Shown: positions 63,651 through 64,000 of the stretch, piece after piece
Numbering within the stretch: position 1 is the stretch's first letter
How the letters are laid out: the number at the start of each line of letters is the position of its first letter
IMG/VR virus record: IMGVR_UViG_3300037321_000115
Strand: one strand, 5' to 3'
Length of the DNA: 64,000 nt
DNA from: a virus
Taxonomy: Duplodnaviria; Heunggongvirae; Uroviricota; Caudoviricetes
Made by a program: the position numbers and the translations under genes
The notes under the pieces: generated by a model
Databases searched by the model: none
What the model saw: only the letters and a program-made list of their open reading frames with translations
What the model was told of the DNA's origin: nothing

Positions 63651-64000
63651 ATGACGAAAAAGAACAACACCCAGTATGAAATACTAACGGACAGTGGATG
63701 GGCGGATTTTCACGGTGTGTATAAAAAAACCACTACCGGTATAGTAACCATTGTAGATGAAATCGGCAATCTATTAGAATGTACGCTGGATCATAAAATA
63801 GAGACTGAAGCAGGGTTTATACAAGCGCAGAATTTATATATAGGATCGAGATTGAAAACGAAGAGCGGCTATTCGAGAGTAGCAAATCTTTCTATAGATA
63901 AGAATGAAACTGCGGATGTATACGATGCGCTTGAAGTGAGCAACGGCCACAAATATTATACTAATAATATGATATCTCATAACTGCGAATTCCTTGGCAG
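63651..64000 (+). CDS. gp17: Split intein C-fragment (IntC, 111 aa) fused to the gp17 C-terminal part (truncated by the window edge; absent from the ORF track)
   Basis: AAGGA RBS; hand translation MTKKNNTQYEILTDSGWADFHGV...CTLDHKI (block B)...VYDALEV (block F)...MISHN|CEFLG, ending in His-Asn with a +1 Cys. Confidence 0.9.
   Translation, partial: MTKKNNTQYEILTDSGWADFHGVYKKTTTGIVTIVDEIGNLLECTLDHKIETEAGFIQAQNLYIGSRLKTKSGYSRVANLSIDKNETADVYDALEVSNGHKYYTNNMISHNCEFLG

Noticed and set aside
1-64000. tRNA, rRNA, integrase or att sites
   Set aside because: None recognised by eye; a tRNAscan-SE/ARAGORN run would be needed to exclude tRNAs formally.
52000-64000. Stop-codon reassignment in the AT-rich T4-like segment
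   Set aside because: Conserved genes (gp13-gp16 and the glycosyltransferase) are full-length in the standard code; the gp17 break is explained by the split intein.

Overview
The window contains two unrelated phage segments. (1) About 1-51,900 (GC-rich, roughly 60% by eye) is a nearly complete, circularly permuted podovirus-like genome, probably infecting an alphaproteobacterium. Its gene order is: lysis cassette; tail nozzle and ejection proteins, including a lytic transglycosylase and a 2,533-aa polyvalent protein; a minus-strand replication/early operon (DUF927-type primase-helicase, SSB-like, SNF2 helicase, VRR-NUC, Cas4-like exonuclease, family A polymerase, multi-HTH regulators, AAA ATPase plus vWA/metallopeptidase); an iteron-like non-coding region; then terminase, portal, scaffold, capsid, adaptors and tail fibres. 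(2) About 51,900-64,000 (AT-rich) is a T4-like myovirus late region. It holds TATAAATA late promoters, a collagen fibre, glycosyltransferase/methyltransferase/sulfotransferase genes and gp13-gp14-gp15-gp16-gp17. The strongest signals not shown in the ORF track are three. The first is a complete type II hammerhead ribozyme with a loop-I pseudoknot in the early operon (32,362-32,424, minus strand), just upstream of the AAA ATPase. The second is a gp17 terminase fractured by a naturally, atypically split intein (32-aa IntN, 111-aa IntC) whose second half has its own late promoter. The third is the abrupt junction between the two phage types. All family assignments come from motif recognition by eye; no database searches were run.
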